Part shown: piece by piece, positions 35,846 through 39,457 of the stretch | Numbering within the stretch: position 1 is the stretch's first letter | Layout of the letters: every line of letters begins with the position of its first letter | Source: Octopus bimaculoides | Lineage: Eukaryota | Assembly (NCBI RefSeq): GCF_001194135.2 | Contig: NC_068996.1 | Location: forward strand, 46,927,296 to 46,966,752 | Reading direction: 5' to 3' | Length of the DNA stretch: 39,457 bases | Made by a program: the position numbers and the translations under genes | Notes under the pieces: generated by a model | What the model was told of the DNA's origin: nothing | What the model saw: only the letters and a program-made list of their open reading frames with translations | Databases searched by the model: none

Positions 35846-36297
35846 TACTTACTATTTACCAATGGACATAAGCATAGCTGAATGGTTTAAGATGTTTGCT
35901 GCAGAACCAAGAAGTTCCTGGTTTGATCTCATCACATGGCATCTTGGGCAAGTTTCTTTACCGTAAATTTTATTCTGTCCAAACATTGTGAGAGAAAGTG
36001 GGTTGATAGAAACTGTGTGGAAGCCGGTTGGATGGGTTGAGCCCATAATTTCAAACCTTGTCCATATTGTCTACCCTTGTGACACATTGTGTTTTACAGA
36101 TTCAGCATCAGAATTACTTTAAGGGTACACATGTACGTGGGGAACTCAGCCACTTGCACATTCATTTAAGGAGTTGAATATTTAGTTGATTAAATATTTT
36201 CACCTGAGGTTCTGATGACACAGTGTGATACACTGCCATCACATCATATCATCTACAGGATCATATTTTGTCATCCACAAAACACCGTACATTGATA

Positions 36298-36344
<47 letters not shown>

Positions 36345-36911
36345 GCCCTATCATTCATTTGCATATATGCTCACTTTCTGTTTAAAAACAGAATCCATTA
36401 AAAAATATACAGCAAAAAAAATGAGAATATTTTTACATATATTAAACCTCTTTCAAAATAAAGATCACATTTTTTTTTTCTATTACACTTTATTTTTATT
36501 TAAAGAAAGTCGATTGACTTTATTCAATATAATTACAGGTAGTCAATAAATCAAAGATTTATGAGTGAAAGGTAAAACTGACTTTTATCAACATCAATCA
36601 AAACAGACATGGTTGTCAGTGGATGAGTGTTTATACAAAGAAAGTTNNNNNNNNNNNNNNNNNNNNNNNNNNNNNNNNNNNNNNNNNNNNNNNNNNNNNN
36701 NNNNNNNNNNNNNNNNNNNNNNNNNNNNNNNNNNNNNNNNNNNNNNNNNNNNNNNNNNNNNNNNNNNNNNNNNNNNNNNNNNNNNNNNNNNNNNNNNNNN
36801 NNNNNNNNNNNNNNNNNNNNNNNNNNNNNNNNNNNNNNNNNNNNNNNNNNNNNNNNNNNNNNNNNNNNNNNNNNNNNNNNNNNNNNNNNNNNNNNNNNNN
36901 NNNNNNNNNNN

Positions 36912-36946
<35 letters not shown>

Positions 36947-37012
36947 TCACCACCACCACCACCACCACCACCACCATCATCATCATTTAGTGTCTGCTTT
37001 CCATGCTGGCAT
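36912..37012 (-). mobile_element. Short RTE-type tail fragment
   Basis: (CAT/CAC)n followed by TTTAGTGTCTGCTTTCCATGCTGGCAT. Confidence 0.7.
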
Positions 37013-37599
37013 TGGTGACATCTTATTCTTGTTTATTATGGAAGTTTGGTTCCAAAATATACATGGTGATAAATGAATGTCTTCAAACATTTTGTAAATG
37101 GAATGAATAACAGATTTATTGACGCCAGCTTCATGCTTTACAACAGCAAAGCTTCCATTATCATATTCTGTTGGTCATCTCTGCATTTTCCCTCCATAAA
37201 AAATATACTCATCTGCGTTAATTGATAGGATTAGGTACCTTGTACTGTTTTTCTGTTCATTGGTCCCATGTTGCTATGTATGATTATGCAAATACATTAA
37301 AAGGAAAAAAAAAAAAAATTATGCAGCTTCATAGCACGATGATGTAAAGACAAGTGATGGCCAACAGTCAGTGGATTGTGGGTAGTTGAGCATTGTGACT
37401 GGTGGCTGGGGCATGCTTTTGTGATACAAGCAGAATCTTCAACTGGTTGCTAACCTCTGTTATCACAAGTCAATTCGTGAGAAGTGTAACATGATTCACA
37501 ATTGAGCACACCATGTTATCATGGATCAGTGACGAATGAATCAATGATGAACAAGGCTACATGTATACAGAGATGGGATGATCATAACTAGAATGTCTA

Positions 37600-37998
37600 T
37601 GAAGTAGTTGTATGCTGTCAACTTAATGTGACAGTCCCCTGAATGGAATAATATTACTGTTGTTTAGCCCTAGGAAGCTGCACCACTTCCTGTCAGCCTT
37701 GACACATTTCCTGTGTCCTTATGTTTACAAGGGGGAGACAAGCACTTTGATGCTTGACAGGCATCTCCAACTAGCAGGCCATTGCTACTCCAGACTGATG
37801 ACGAGCAAAGACTCAGAAACATGTCTCTGGATGCAGGCTTAGCTAAGTGGAGGTGCTTGTCTCCCCCTTGTAAACATAAGGACACAGGAAATGTGTGAAG
37901 GCCGACAGGAAGCAGTGCTGCTTCCTAGGGCTAAATAGCAGTGGTATTATTCCCTTCATGGGACTGTCACGTTAAGTTGACAGCATACAACTACTTCA
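37600..37998. repeat. 399-bp palindrome: 146-bp inverted arms (12 mismatches), 107-bp spacer
   Basis: 37600-37745 versus reverse complement of 37853-37998, no indels; inner 44 bp perfect. Confidence 0.97.
37789..37831 (+). ncRNA. Minimal type I hammerhead ribozyme motif
   Basis: TCCAGA - CTGATGA - C GAG CAAAGA CTC A - GAAA - C AT G - TC - TCTGGA: 6-bp stem I, intact core, GUC triplet, palindromic ACATGT stem III/loop. Confidence 0.85.
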
Positions 37999-38294
37999 AC
38001 ATATCACTACTGCATAAATCTCTCCGAGAGATTTAGAAATGTATTATTTCTAGGATGTCTATAATCAGAAGCCTGTGCAACCAGGACAAACCTGTGGCTA
38101 AATAACAATAACAGCAACTATACAGTCACATTGACCAGTTTCTACATAGGTTTCATCTACACAGTTTCATTTACAGGTTTGTGGCTCAAGTTTATGAAAG
38201 CTACTATAAAAGCTGATACATGTTCAATATGCCACATGGAGGGTATCAAACCTAAAACCATGTGATTCCAATGTAAACTTCTTTAGCAAACAGC

Positions 38295-38605
38295 GCAGGA
38301 GTGGCTGTGTGGTAAGTAGCTTGCTTACCAACCACATGGTTCTGGGTTCAGTCCCACTATGTGGCACCTCGATCAAGTGTCTTCTACTATAGCCTCAGGC
38401 CGACCAAAGTCTTGTGAGTGGATTTGGTAGACAGAAACTGAAAGAAGCCCACTGTGTGTGTGTGTGTGTGTGTGTGTGTNNNNNNNNNNTCGGCAGAAGA
38501 GACCGATAGAATAAGTACTAGGCTTACAAAGAATAAGTCCTGGGGTGCTCCAGCATGGCCCCAGTCAAATGACTGAAACAAGTAAAAGAGTAAAAGAGTA
38601 AACAT
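38295..38605 (+). mobile_element. SINE family A with gap and internal deletion
   Basis: GCAGGAGTGGCTGTGTGGTAAGTAGC head; AAAAGAGTAAAAGAG tail. Confidence 0.88.
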
Positions 38606-38606
38606 G

Positions 38607-38712
38607 TGAGTTCAGTCCCACTGCATTGCACCTCGGGCAAGTCTTCTACTATAGCTTTGGGCCAACCAAATTCTTGTGAGTGGAGTTGGTAGACAGAAAC
38701 TGAAAGAAGCCC

Positions 38713-38750
<38 letters not shown>

Positions 38751-39104
38751 TGTGTGTGTGTGTGTATCTGTGTGTGTATGTACATGTATATGTGTGTGTG
38801 AATGTGTGTCTTCATGTCTGTCCAGCAGCACTGCTTGAAAATTGATGTTAAATGGTTTATGTCCTCATAACTTAACAGTTCAGCAAAAGGGTTGATAGAA
38901 TACATACCAGGCTTAGAAACATAAGACATAAGTACAGAGGTTAGATTAATTCAACTAAAAATTCTTCAAGGTAGTGTCCTAGCATGGCCCACAGTCTAAC
39001 GACTGATACAAGTAAAAATATTTAAAACAAAAATAATAGAAAAAAACAAGTGTTTCAAAATAGAAAATAGAAAAAGACGAACATTTGAAAGAAGCCCATT
39101 GTAT

Positions 39105-39136
<32 letters not shown>

Positions 39137-39457
39137 TTGTTCCCCACCACCACTTGACACAACTGGTGTTGGTGTGTTTATATCCCCATAACTTAGCAAT
39201 TTGGCAAAAGGTATCAACAGAATGAATACCAGGCTTAAAAAAAGAAAAAAAAAGTTAATGGCGTTGATTTATTTGACTGAAATTTCTCAAGGCGTTGCCC
39301 CAGCATGGCCACAGTCCAATGACTGAAACAAGTAAAAGATAAAAGATATACTGGGATTGATTTGTTCAACTAAAACCCTTCAAGGTGGTGCCCCAGCATG
39401 GCCACAGTCCAATGACTGAAACAAGTAAAAGATAAAAGATATACTGGGATTGATTTG
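38607..39457 (+). mobile_element. Stack of partial family A SINEs ending in a 93-bp tandem of the SINE tail
   Basis: Partial copy 38607-39030, 3' half 39080-39350; 39297-39364 is identical to 39390-39457. Confidence 0.8.

Noticed and set aside
37040-37230. Minus-strand peptide YDNGSFAVVKHEAGVNKSVIHSIYKMFE as a Tc1 HTH remnant
   Set aside because: Similarity is loose and short, with an in-frame stop upstream and no TIRs; needs BLASTX.
206-39217. Most ORFs in the track (poly-S, poly-Y, HT/CV, IHPS, X-runs)
   Set aside because: They are translations of microsatellites, SINEs or N gaps.

Overview
AT-rich, repeat-saturated eukaryotic genomic DNA with 8 assembly gaps. The SINE and microsatellite content matches what I recall of octopus genomes (inference, not database-confirmed). 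I recognise no intact host protein-coding gene; nearly all listed ORFs are microsatellite or N-gap read-throughs. Main content: (1) a near full-length but disrupted Penelope-like retroelement (RT plus C-terminal GIY-YIG, minus strand, 30445-34664) with two ~600-bp pseudo-LTRs, each carrying a hammerhead-like motif; (2) a 399-bp near-perfect palindrome (37600-37998) whose apex holds a compact hammerhead ribozyme motif; (3) the 3' end of a HERO-like RLE non-LTR element followed by a Pol II promoter-like module and another hammerhead-like motif; (4) RTE LINE fragments, many tRNA-derived SINEs of at least 3 families, piggyBac-like and hAT-like MITEs, a ~178-bp satellite, several long inverted repeats and many micro/minisatellites.
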